The notes beneath the pieces are model-generated. The model was given only the letters and a program-made list of their open reading frames with translations, ran no database searches and was not told the DNA's origin. The translations under genes and the position numbers were made by a program. Of a DNA stretch of 32,000 bases, positions 9,944 to 19,404 are shown one piece after another. The stretch lies in NCBI GenBank assembly GCA_000175855.1, contig ACYB01000020.1, positions 95,753 to 127,752 of the forward strand, given 5' to 3'. The number at the start of each line of letters is the position of its first letter. Position 1 is the stretch's first letter. This DNA comes from Raphidiopsis brookii D9. GTDB taxonomy: Bacteria; Cyanobacteriota; Cyanobacteriia; Cyanobacteriales; Nostocaceae.

Positions 9944-10783
9944 ATGTCAATACCATTGTTAGAATACTCACCTTCGTCACAAAATCAGCGTGTAGAAGGG
10001 TATGAAGTTGCAAATGAAGACACGCCCATAGTCTATAAGCTAAATTATGCCACATCAGATCAAGAAATTGATGAGATTATTTGGGCATCATACAGACAAA
10101 TTTTCAGCGAGCATCTGATTTTAACCAGCTATCGGCAAAAGTTTTTAGAATCTCAACTACGGAATCGGGCAATTAATGTTAGAGACTTCATTAGAGGTTT
10201 AGGAAAATCCGAAGTTTTTCGTACTCAAATAGCAGAAGTTAACTCTAACTATCGGTTAGTAGATATTATTCTGCAGAGATTTTTAGGTAGAAAAGCCTAC
10301 AATAGGGAAGAAGAGATAGCCTGGTCCATAGTAATTGGTACCAAAGGTGTACATGGATTTATTGATGCCCTATTAGAGTCTGAAGAGTACATAAACAACT
10401 TTGGTGATGACATAGTACCCTATCAACGGAGAAGATTTGGGTCACGTCCCTTCAACCTAGTGAATCCTCGCTATAGCTCCTATTGGCGAGATGCCCAAAG
10501 TATGCGTGTCCTAGATTATCGTTCCTTCTACAGTGCTCGCACTTATGGTACTGCTACCTCCGAGGATATTCGGAAAGCGATTCCAGCTAACTTCTTTGCC
10601 ATGGCGGGAAAAATCATTACTCCCGAGCGTAATTACCAAAGAACAATTGCTTCGGTTACTACCCAAATTGGATCCCTGGAAATTCCGGATACATCTAGGG
10701 AAGTTTCCACCTCGGAGGTGACTATTAAACCAGTAGCAGTGTCTCTACCCTACAGCTATATCCCACCCATCTCCAAAAATTAG
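9944..10783 (+). CDS. cpcG: Phycobilisome rod-core linker, CpcG paralog 1
   Basis: 279 aa, [22 protein letters not shown]...[49 protein letters not shown]...[17 protein letters not shown]. Confidence 0.95.
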   Translation: MSIPLLEYSPSSQNQRVEGYEVANEDTPIVYKLNYATSDQEIDEIIWASYRQIFSEHLILTSYRQKFLESQLRNRAINVRDFIRGLGKSEVFRTQIAEVNSNYRLVDIILQRFLGRKAYNREEEIAWSIVIGTKGVHGFIDALLESEEYINNFGDDIVPYQRRRFGSRPFNLVNPRYSSYWRDAQSMRVLDYRSFYSARTYGTATSEDIRKAIPANFFAMAGKIITPERNYQRTIASVTTQIGSLEIPDTSREVSTSEVTIKPVAVSLPYSYIPPISKN

Positions 10784-10821
10784 TCATTAGTTAACCAACA
10801 TCTGAAAAACAACCCCCTAAT

Positions 10822-11565
10822 ATGGCCATACCCCTACTTGAATACAAACCCAGTTCTCAAAATCAAAGAGTACCTGGTTACGAAGTACCTAATGAAGACA
10901 CCCCCAGAATTTACCGCATAGAAGATTATGCTTTTACTGGCGAAGTGGAAGAGTTAATTTGGGCAGCTTATAGACAATTGTTTAGCGAACATGTAATTCT
11001 CAAATTCTACCGTCAAGGCAATTTAGAATCCCAGTTAAAAAACAAAGCCATCACCGTGCGGGACTTCGTTCGAGGTTTGGCCAAATCCCAAGCTTTTGAC
11101 GATTTAGTCATTAAGACCAATTCCAATTATCGGTTGGTAGAAATTGCACTGAAACGGTTATTAGGTCGTGCTCCCTATAACAAGGAGGAAGAAATCGCTT
11201 GGTCGATTAAAATTGCCACCAATGGTTGGGATGGTTTTGTAGATGCTCTGGTAGATTCAGAGGAATATCAAAACAGTTTCGGTGAAAACATTATTCCTTA
11301 CCAAAGACGGCGCTACAAAGATAGACCCTTTAATTTAGTCACACCTCGTTACGCCAACTACTGGCGTGATAAAATAGAAGCAGGACGTTACAAGCCTGGT
11401 AGCATTAGTGACTTTATGAAAATGGCTGCTTCGGTGAGTATCAGAACTGTCACCTATACACCTGTGAACACAGCTAACATCGCAATTCCTAAGACTACTA
11501 GGGAAACAGTACCTACAGGTATACCTGTGTCTATTAGCCCCAGTGCTAACTTCCCCGTCAAATAA
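10822..11565 (+). CDS. cpcG: Phycobilisome rod-core linker, CpcG paralog 2
   Basis: 247 aa, same linker domain ([22 protein letters not shown]...[42 protein letters not shown]). Confidence 0.95.
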   Translation: MAIPLLEYKPSSQNQRVPGYEVPNEDTPRIYRIEDYAFTGEVEELIWAAYRQLFSEHVILKFYRQGNLESQLKNKAITVRDFVRGLAKSQAFDDLVIKTNSNYRLVEIALKRLLGRAPYNKEEEIAWSIKIATNGWDGFVDALVDSEEYQNSFGENIIPYQRRRYKDRPFNLVTPRYANYWRDKIEAGRYKPGSISDFMKMAASVSIRTVTYTPVNTANIAIPKTTRETVPTGIPVSISPSANFPVK

Positions 11566-11634
11566 ATCCCCTAGGTGTGTAACCTAATGGGGGAAAATAA
11601 TTAAAGTCAAATTTATCAATCAGAGGAATACAGC

Positions 11635-12396
11635 ATGGCACTGCCATTACTTCAATACAAACCTACTACTCAAAACCACCGTGTTAGCAGTTTCGGTGTT
11701 GCTGATCAAAATGAGGATACACCTTACATCTACCGCTTGGAAGATGTTAGTTCTTATACTGACATTCAATCTATTATCTGGGCATCCTATCGCCAGATTT
11801 TCAGCGAGCACGAGATTTTAAAATTTAACCGCCAAATCACCTTAGAATCTCAGCTCAAGACGGGTTCTTTGTCCGTTAGGGATTTTATTCGTGGGTTAGC
11901 TAAGTCTGAAGCTTTTTATCGTCTGGTTGTTTCTGTTAATAATAACTATCGTTTAGTAGATATTACTCTCAGACGCCTACTAGGTCGTTCTGCTTACAAC
12001 AAAGAAGAGGAGATAGCTTGGTCAATTGTCATTGGTACCAAGGGATTTGGTGGTTTTGTTGATGCTTTAGTTGATAGTGAAGAATATACTTCGAGTTTTG
12101 GTGACAATACGGTACCTTACCAGCGTAAACGGATGGAAGGTCGTCCCTATAATTTAGTCACACCCCGTTATGGTGAGGACTTCCAAGAAACTGCGGGCAC
12201 GGTCAGAACAGATTGGCGCTTTGTTTTGGCAAATTTCTACACCGAGAAAGCCAAATTAAAACGTCTCAAAGAAGGCGATCCAGGCAGATTTGCAGCTATG
12301 GCGGCTTCTGTGTCTCGTAAGGGCAATTATGCTCAAAGAATCTCTTCTTTTGATATTGATTATTTGAGTGCTGTTCCCTATCGCGGTAGACGCTAA
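11635..12396 (+). CDS. cpcG: Phycobilisome rod-core linker, CpcG paralog 3
   Basis: 253 aa, same linker domain ([22 protein letters not shown]...[48 protein letters not shown]). Confidence 0.95.
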   Translation: MALPLLQYKPTTQNHRVSSFGVADQNEDTPYIYRLEDVSSYTDIQSIIWASYRQIFSEHEILKFNRQITLESQLKTGSLSVRDFIRGLAKSEAFYRLVVSVNNNYRLVDITLRRLLGRSAYNKEEEIAWSIVIGTKGFGGFVDALVDSEEYTSSFGDNTVPYQRKRMEGRPYNLVTPRYGEDFQETAGTVRTDWRFVLANFYTEKAKLKRLKEGDPGRFAAMAASVSRKGNYAQRISSFDIDYLSAVPYRGRR

Positions 12397-12518
12397 TATC
12401 AGCTGGTTGTCTCTGGGGGTGGGTTTTTACCGTGATAAAACATTGGCGATTTGTTCGTGAATTAGTTATGATGTTTGGTAAATACCACCCCTATTATTAA
12501 ATGTTTTTAAATAAACTT

Positions 12519-13347
12519 TTACGGTGTTCGTTTCAGAGAACTTTCATGCCATTTTCCTAAAAGTAAATTTGAGAAGGCGGTCAAAATCAAAAATATCAAA
12601 ATTCCTAGCGCACTAATCATTATTAAAGCCGCAAACATACGAGGAATTTGTAAATTATAACTAGCCATGAGCATTTGATAAGCTAATCCCGAATTAGTAC
12701 CTCCACTTCCAGCAACAAATTCCGCAACTACAGCACCAATTAATGATAACCCACCGCTAATCCGCAAGGCAGATAAAAAATAGGGTAGTGCACTGGGTAA
12801 TCTTAAATAAACCATAGTTTGCCAGGGATTCGCTTTATAGAGACGAAATAGATCCCGCAAGTTTGGATCAATGCTATTCAGTCCAAAAGTGGTATTAGAA
12901 ATGATGGGAAAAAAGGCCACAATCCAAGCACAAAGTACCAAAGCAGCAAAGGTATTATTTCTCAGCCAAATAATAATTAAAGGCGCGATCGCCGCTATTG
13001 GCATTGTTTGCAGAATTACCGCATAGGGATATAAGCTTTTTTCAATCCATTTGCTCTGAGCCATAATCATAGAAATTAATAACCCTAAAACTGCTGCATA
13101 AAAAAAAGCCACGACGGTAATTTTTATGGTAATCAGCAAAGCGGGAAATAAAATAAACCAGTCACTAATTAAGGTTTGTATAATTCGACTGGGAGAGGGT
13201 AGAAGATAGGGAGGTATACCAGTAATTTTTACCAAAATCCCAGGTAAATATGGCGAAAATTCCTACTCCAATTGGGGCGATAATATCTGGAGATAGTAAA
13301 TTTTTAATTTGGAGTTTTTCAGAGAATAATTTTTTCAACCAACTCAT
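12519..13347 (-). pseudogene. ABC transporter permease (SsuC/TauC/ThiX-like), apparently frameshifted near 13236-13241
   Basis: ORF 13347..13165 supplies MSWLKKLF...LLSPDIIAPIGVGIFAIFTW. ORF 13235..12519 continues (I)LVKITGIPPYLLPSPSRIIQTL...SALPYFLSALRISGGLSLIGAVVAEF. The two halves together match one permease; they lie in different frames. Confidence 0.75.
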
Positions 13348-13391
13348 ATAATTCTTTCTTCAGTTGTTTTAAATAAACACGAAATCTGCTC

Positions 13392-14162
13392 TTAACCCAT
13401 GATTCCGGAGGATAATTCATGGGCTACTTGCTGACAATATTGGGAATAGACAAGGGAAGTACGAAATTCTTCCGAACGGGGATAGGGTTGGTCGATCACA
13501 ATATCCGCCACTACTCGACCGGGACGAGGTGCCATGACCACCACCCGATTGGATAAATAAACTGCTTCATAAATATTGTGAGTGACAAAAATAATTGTCC
13601 AACTTTGTTGACTCCATAAATTAAGTAACTCCACATTTAATTGAGTGCGGGTAATATCATCTAAAGACCCAAAAGGTTCATCCATAAGTAATACCATGGG
13701 AGAGGTGACTAAAGTTCTGGCGATCGATACCCGCATTTTCATCCCTCCAGAAAGCTGACGGGGATAAGATTGAGCAAACTTTTCTAACCCAACCAATTGT
13801 AGGGATTTGTTAATTGCCAGATCCGCCATATTTTTCGGGATTCTAGCTAATTTTAAGGGTAAACGAACGTTTTCCTGTACTGTAGCCCAGGGCATCAATG
13901 CCGGTTCTTGGAAGACAAAAGAGAGATTTTTTTGAGCAGTGAGATTGTGCCATTGAACTGTTCCTGAATTGTGATTAGTCAGTCCGGCAATAATCCTAAG
14001 TAAGGTACTTTTCCCACAGCCGGAAGGCCCTACCAAACTAACAAATTCACCAGCATTAATCGTCAAATTTAAGTTAGTCAGAGCAAGGATATCATTGTCA
14101 AAAAACTTATTTATCTGACTTAAGGTAATCAAAGGTTGAGAATTCATCAGTGATTTTTTCAT
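13392..14162 (-). CDS. ABC transporter ATP-binding protein (SsuB/TauB/ThiZ-like)
   Basis: Walker A GPSGCGKSTLL, signature LSGGMKMRVSIARTL, Walker B VLLMDEPFGSLD, H-loop FVTHNIYEAVYLS. Confidence 0.93.
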   Translation of the reverse strand: MKKSLMNSQPLITLSQINKFFDNDILALTNLNLTINAGEFVSLVGPSGCGKSTLLRIIAGLTNHNSGTVQWHNLTAQKNLSFVFQEPALMPWATVQENVRLPLKLARIPKNMADLAINKSLQLVGLEKFAQSYPRQLSGGMKMRVSIARTLVTSPMVLLMDEPFGSLDDITRTQLNVELLNLWSQQSWTIIFVTHNIYEAVYLSNRVVVMAPRPGRVVADIVIDQPYPRSEEFRTSLVYSQYCQQVAHELSSGIMG

Positions 14163-14237
14163 TCTATCTATTTGTTGACTCTCCCCACGCCTAAAGGGGA
14201 TGCTCTGGTATATAATGGCTACATTAATTATATTAAG

Positions 14238-15278
14238 CTAGGAGTTTTTATAATAATCCATTCCCTTATTCACAAACCTGAGAGTATAAGCCTGTTTGTA
14301 ATTTGTCTTGGCATCAACAATACCCACGGACACTAAATCTTTAAATAAAGTTTCCCAGCGTTGGTCGTTCATTGCCCCAATTCCCAAAGTTTTAGCATCT
14401 CCTGACATAATTACCTCATAAGCTTTTAGTTGATTAAGTCCATAATCCATCAAATCTTCAGTCATTTCTGGGTTATCTTTTTTAATCAGTTTATTGGCGG
14501 GTTGAGGATTTTCCAGATAACTATACCATCCCTTAATTGATGCATCAACAAACTGTTGCACTAAGTCTGGATTGGTTTCGACTAATTTTTTAGTAGTTTC
14601 TATGGTAAAAGCATAGGGATTATACACTGCATCAGCTAAGAGTAATATATTAGGTTTAAATCCACCTTCTTTTTCAATTGTATAAGGTTCGGATGTTAAT
14701 AAACCTTGTTGGGCGGAATTTTTATCCAATAAAAAGGGGCTTACATTAAAATTATAAGGGCGTTTTTGGTCATCACTTAACCCATATTTTGCTTTGATTA
14801 TCGGCCAATAGTCTACCCCGATACTGAGATAAATTGGTTTGCCTTTTAAGTCCTCAAACGAATCATTACCAACTCCAGGATGGGTTAATAAAACTTGGAT
14901 TTCTTTTTGAAAAATAGAGGCAACAGTTATTTTTGGAATCTCTTGTTCTACGGCTTTAATGGCATTAAGACCGCCCCCAATTATGAAATCAACAACCCCT
15001 CCCATCAATAGTTGGGTTCCATTCGTTTGGGGACTACCCGGTTGAATGGTGACATCTAGTCCATATTGGCGATAAATTCCCTTTGCTACTGCTTGATAAA
15101 ATCCACCATATTCTGCTTCCGCTTTCCAAGAAAGCAGAAGTTTAATAGATTCGGCAGATTGTGAACTTGAAAATGTAGAACTTGACTGACTGCAACCGGT
15201 AGAAATGCTACCAGCCAAAGCTAAAGAACTCAGTTTGATGAATTGACGACGTTTGAGTTGATAATATTTTTCCATCAT
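14238..15278 (-). CDS. ABC transporter substrate-binding lipoprotein, NMT1/THI5-like
   Basis: N-terminus KRRQFIKLSSLALAGSISTGC (RR-signal plus lipobox-like Cys), then LLLSWKAEAEYGGFYQAVAKGIYRQYGLDVTIQPG, typical of THI5-like proteins. Confidence 0.88.
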   Translation of the reverse strand: MMEKYYQLKRRQFIKLSSLALAGSISTGCSQSSSTFSSSQSAESIKLLLSWKAEAEYGGFYQAVAKGIYRQYGLDVTIQPGSPQTNGTQLLMGGVVDFIIGGGLNAIKAVEQEIPKITVASIFQKEIQVLLTHPGVGNDSFEDLKGKPIYLSIGVDYWPIIKAKYGLSDDQKRPYNFNVSPFLLDKNSAQQGLLTSEPYTIEKEGGFKPNILLLADAVYNPYAFTIETTKKLVETNPDLVQQFVDASIKGWYSYLENPQPANKLIKKDNPEMTEDLMDYGLNQLKAYEVIMSGDAKTLGIGAMNDQRWETLFKDLVSVGIVDAKTNYKQAYTLRFVNKGMDYYKNS

Positions 15279-15506
15279 TTTTTATGGTTTGAGTTGGATC
15301 CCATAAACTTTTACAGATTTACACAACTATTATTAATGATTTAGGGTATTTTTGGCAATATGGCGGTATGCAGCCAGATTGATTGTATAATTAGGAAGTT
15401 AACTAACTAGACAATGGGTGAAATTGTTCACGACTAGACCAAGACTAATATAAATAATTTAAATAGATAGTATAAGATTCAACCATTATTAAAAACAATA
15501 ATAAAA

Positions 15507-16157
15507 ATGAAAAACACATTAACACAGGAAGAATTAAATCAAATTATTCGAGAGGTGCAATCCTTAGAATTACGTCAGGAGTCAGAATTTGATCGAGAAC
15601 AGATTCAGGAAATATTGAGGGAGTTGAACTTACCACCAGAATTATTAGATCAGGCCTTAATTGGACTACATAATCGTCAAAGACTAGAAGTGAAAAAGCG
15701 CCGCAACAAATGGATAGTTATGGGTACAGTTAGTGTAGTTAGCGTAATTGTTCTTGCCATAGGATTTTTTAATCAAAAACAGGCTAACTTGCTAACCAAG
15801 GTTTCTGTCCAACAGGATAAAATTGTTCTAAGTAGTCAACTAGATGCAAAAAATGTTACCATGGAGAAGATTATTCCCAAAGACGCTATTAATCCTCAAT
15901 CCAACAGTGAGATTTTATATGTCGTAACCTTAAAAGATGCACCCCTGGGGAGAAAATTATCTATGAGCTGTAATTGGATAAATCCCCAGGGCGAAATTGT
16001 CAAGCAGAATAATTATCAAACTCGGGAAATTAAAACCTCTGTTTGGGAAACCCGCTGTCGTTATTCAGTGGATACTGATGTATCCACTGGTAATTGGCAA
16101 GTAGAGATGTTTCTGGAAAATCGAGAAATTAGCCAGGAACAGTTCGTCATTAAATAA
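15507..16157 (+). CDS. Hypothetical membrane-anchored protein
   Basis: 216 aa: acidic helical N-terminus, one TM segment (WIVMGTVSVVSVIVLAIGFF), then a beta-rich region (LSMSCNWINPQGEIVKQNNYQTREIKTSVWETRCRYSV). Confidence 0.7.
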   Translation: MKNTLTQEELNQIIREVQSLELRQESEFDREQIQEILRELNLPPELLDQALIGLHNRQRLEVKKRRNKWIVMGTVSVVSVIVLAIGFFNQKQANLLTKVSVQQDKIVLSSQLDAKNVTMEKIIPKDAINPQSNSEILYVVTLKDAPLGRKLSMSCNWINPQGEIVKQNNYQTREIKTSVWETRCRYSVDTDVSTGNWQVEMFLENREISQEQFVIK

Positions 16158-16263
16158 TTTTAATTAAATTAAATAGATGTGAACTCACTTTTTCTGTTGA
16201 CAGTTTATATGGTGAGATGCTAGAATAGCAGCGCGGCGAAGGCTTGGTATATCAGGTAAATGT

Positions 16264-18099
16264 ATGAACAGGGAATCCCTTAAGGAAGGAAGCGTCAACA
16301 ATCATATTATTGGATATTGTAGTGACAAGCAACAAGAAAAGCTAACCAGAAAGATCCAGGGTAGAAAAAAAACCATCAAAAATGGCAAATTTATTTGTGA
16401 AGTAATTGACATTGGATACAAAACGGTAGCTAGAAGAGGGAAAAAAACCGCCAGAGGAGAGAATATTGATCATGTTATTGTCAGCATTTGTGCAGGGAGA
16501 ATTGGCAATGCTGACATTTGGGTAAAGTGGGAACATAACAAGTTAATTTTGGGTAGAGAAATATTTGGCAGAGTTCCCTTATTTTGGACCTGTACAAAAG
16601 ATGTTATTTGGTTTAGCTCCCAGTTACAATTACTTTTACAGATTCTGGATAAATGGGAAATTTATCTTCCTAGTTTATATAGTTATTGTTGTTTCTCATA
16701 TATAACTAATCCCCTAATGCCCGTGGAGGGAGTATTCTCTGTAATTGCGGGTCAAGAGATAGTTTTTAGTCTGGATAATCACTTTAATGAAGCAGGAAAT
16801 ATTCCCCCTAAGATTAATTCTCCTCAAGTTAGAACAACTTATCAATGGCGGGAAAATCCAGAGAAGATAACCGATGAAACAGTGGCAATTTACCAATTGC
16901 AGAACTTATTGAAAAATGCCATAGAAAACCAAGTTCAGGATTTAAATCATGAACCTGTAGGAGTTTTTTTATCTGGTGGTTTAGACTCTTCTATAGTTGC
17001 TGCTTTGTTGGTAGAATCTGGAGTGAAAGTTCGTGCTTATGCTTTAGACTTTGGTGAGTTTGGCACTTCTGAATATCCATACGCGCAAAAAGTAGCAGAG
17101 TTTTTGAACATACCTCTTGTGAAAGTTGATGTGAGTCCTAAAAATATTAAAAAAGCCATTATTCCTACAGTTAAAGCCCTAGATTTACCCTTCGGTGATG
17201 GTGTTACCGTTCCCCTATATTTAATCAATCAAATTGCCTCACAAGAAACTCAAATTGTTTTTAATGGCGAAGGGGGAGATCAACTGTTTGCAGGTTGGAC
17301 AAATAAACCCCTAATTGCTGCTGGCGTTTATCAAAATCAATATTCCCAACATCCTGAAAATGCCAGTTTTATTCAACAATATCTACACACCTTTCATCGT
17401 CTATGGGGTTATGAATCCAAAGTATATCAGGCAGAAACTTATGACCAGATTCGGCAATTAAATGCCCAAGAATGGCTATTAGATGCTCTCGATAGTCATT
17501 TTTGTCCTTCCTTGTTACATCGTCTGCGTCGTGCCAACTTAATGTTAAAAGGATCCCAAAATATTCACCCCCGTGCTACAGCCATTAGTTTTGCAAATGG
17601 TTTAAATGTGCGATCGCCATTTTGTGATTTAGCCCTAGCTGAATGGACATTTCAGCTATCCGGAGAATTGTGTTTACAAGGTGCTTGCGAGAAGTATATT
17701 CTCAAACGTGCTGTAGAAAATTGGCTACCAGCAGAAATTGTATGGAGACAAAAGCGGGGTATGGGGGTTCCCCTGACTTCCTGGTGTTTAAATGATTTAT
17801 GGTATGATCTGGGTAACTGGCTAAATCCAGGTATTCTAGGAGAAGAAAATATTTTTTATCCCGATATAGGGATAAAAGTTATCACAGGAAAATTAGGAGG
17901 AAACATCCATGGGAGACGGATAGGTGAGATACTTTGGTTACTAATTATGTGGCAACTTTGGTACACTCACGTTTTTGGTGTTAACCCGACAGCAACGTCT
18001 AGCAAAAAGTCCAGCAATCATCCATTTTTACTACCCTATTGGTTATGGAAAGGATACAGAAAGTTCACCGAAAATCTGATGGAGAGTCTCCCGGTTTAG
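16264..18099 (+). CDS. Asparagine-synthase-fold protein lacking the N-terminal glutaminase Cys
   Basis: PP-loop SGGLDSSIVAALL, IVFNGEGGDQLFAGW, RQKRGMGVPL. The N-terminus MNRESLKEGSVNN lacks the MCG glutaminase start. Confidence 0.88.
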   Translation: MNRESLKEGSVNNHIIGYCSDKQQEKLTRKIQGRKKTIKNGKFICEVIDIGYKTVARRGKKTARGENIDHVIVSICAGRIGNADIWVKWEHNKLILGREIFGRVPLFWTCTKDVIWFSSQLQLLLQILDKWEIYLPSLYSYCCFSYITNPLMPVEGVFSVIAGQEIVFSLDNHFNEAGNIPPKINSPQVRTTYQWRENPEKITDETVAIYQLQNLLKNAIENQVQDLNHEPVGVFLSGGLDSSIVAALLVESGVKVRAYALDFGEFGTSEYPYAQKVAEFLNIPLVKVDVSPKNIKKAIIPTVKALDLPFGDGVTVPLYLINQIASQETQIVFNGEGGDQLFAGWTNKPLIAAGVYQNQYSQHPENASFIQQYLHTFHRLWGYESKVYQAETYDQIRQLNAQEWLLDALDSHFCPSLLHRLRRANLMLKGSQNIHPRATAISFANGLNVRSPFCDLALAEWTFQLSGELCLQGACEKYILKRAVENWLPAEIVWRQKRGMGVPLTSWCLNDLWYDLGNWLNPGILGEENIFYPDIGIKVITGKLGGNIHGRRIGEILWLLIMWQLWYTHVFGVNPTATSSKKSSNHPFLLPYWLWKGYRKFTENLMESLPV

Positions 18100-19334
18100 T
18101 TACAGATCCAACTACGAGTCCCACCATACCTTTTTCCTTAGAATTGGCTGAGGAATTGTTAGGTACTTATGGCTCTCCTCTGTACGTTTACGATAGCGAC
18201 ATTTTAAATCAAACCATTGCCCATATTACCAAGTCCTTTAAATATCCCGAAACCAGATTTTATTTTGCCACTGTCACCAATGGTAATATTGCCCTGTTGA
18301 AAGTTTTTAAAAATGCCCATTGGGGACTACATGCGAACACACCGGGAGATATTTATTTAGGGTTAAGTGCAGGGTTTGCACCCGATAGCATTATATATAG
18401 CGGTACTAACTTAAATCGGGAGGAGATAGAGCAGGTATTAAGTTGGGGTGTAACTACCCTAAATTTGGATAGTCTTGCCCAAGTGCAATTGTTATGTGAA
18501 GTTTGTTCATCTCTTAAAAATACAGCAGGAAAAGGGAAAAACTTAAATACATTTAGTCGATTAAACCAGTTAGATATTGGACTGCGGTTAAATGTTGGAG
18601 GAGAGAGTCGAATTGGGGTGAGATTACAAGACTTTAACACAGCGATTGCTATAGCCAAAAATGTGGGATTGGAGATTTCAGGTTTACATTTTTATCGAGG
18701 TACAGGAACTAATGCGACCAAAGCATTCACCGATGCAATTGATGAAGTTTTAGTAGCTGCTCAAAATTTACCACACTGGAAATATATAGACTTTGGTGGT
18801 GGTTTTGGTTATCCCTATAATCACCAAGGAATTGCTTTTGATTGGGAATTATTTGGAGGAGAGATCATTCAAAGAATTAGTAACTTAGATAGAACAATCA
18901 AATTAATCATTGAACCAGGACGTGCTGCTATAGCTAGTTGTGGTACTTTACTGGCCAAAGTTGTTTCAGTCAAATGGCAAGATAACAAGCAAATTTTAGG
19001 AGTAGATTCCACAGTTGGTAATATTGCTGTCCCCTCCGTTTATGGAGGTTATCGAGAAATTATTAGTTGGAAAAATCACAGTCCTAAATATATCACAGAT
19101 ATTTGTGGAAATACCACCTACTCACGGGATTATCTGGGTAAAAATTGCCAACTTCCCTCTCTAGAGATGGGAGATATTATCGGTATTTTAGACGTAGGTG
19201 CTTATGGTTATGCTATGTCCTCTCATTTTTTACATCGTCCTAAACCAGGAGAGGTATTATTGGAGAATAGTCAACATCGTCTAATTAGAAACCGGGAGGA
19301 CTACAGTGTTTTATTGACTAATCAGATATGGTAA
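18045..19334 (+). CDS. LysA/ODC-fold protein (diaminopimelate decarboxylase-like) missing the canonical PLP lysine; TTG 18039 is an alternative start
   Basis: Family features: GGGFGYPY, IIEPGRAA, VPSVYGGYREI, LDVGAYGYAMSSHFLHRPKPGEVLL. The YAVKAN-type motif reads YFATVTNGN and the GPxCESGD motif reads GNTTYSRD. Confidence 0.85.
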   Translation: MERIQKVHRKSDGESPGLVTDPTTSPTIPFSLELAEELLGTYGSPLYVYDSDILNQTIAHITKSFKYPETRFYFATVTNGNIALLKVFKNAHWGLHANTPGDIYLGLSAGFAPDSIIYSGTNLNREEIEQVLSWGVTTLNLDSLAQVQLLCEVCSSLKNTAGKGKNLNTFSRLNQLDIGLRLNVGGESRIGVRLQDFNTAIAIAKNVGLEISGLHFYRGTGTNATKAFTDAIDEVLVAAQNLPHWKYIDFGGGFGYPYNHQGIAFDWELFGGEIIQRISNLDRTIKLIIEPGRAAIASCGTLLAKVVSVKWQDNKQILGVDSTVGNIAVPSVYGGYREIISWKNHSPKYITDICGNTTYSRDYLGKNCQLPSLEMGDIIGILDVGAYGYAMSSHFLHRPKPGEVLLENSQHRLIRNREDYSVLLTNQIW

Positions 19335-19404
19335 TAGTTATTATTTTCAAGTGTTGGGCTAGATTACTGTAGATTACTTTAGATCAATCAAGATTACTAA
19401 AACC

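Noticed and set aside
12519-15507. TPP riboswitch controlling the THI5-like ABC transporter
   Set aside because: No CTGAGA/THI-box-like core was seen upstream of 15278 on the minus strand. The substrate therefore remains unassigned.
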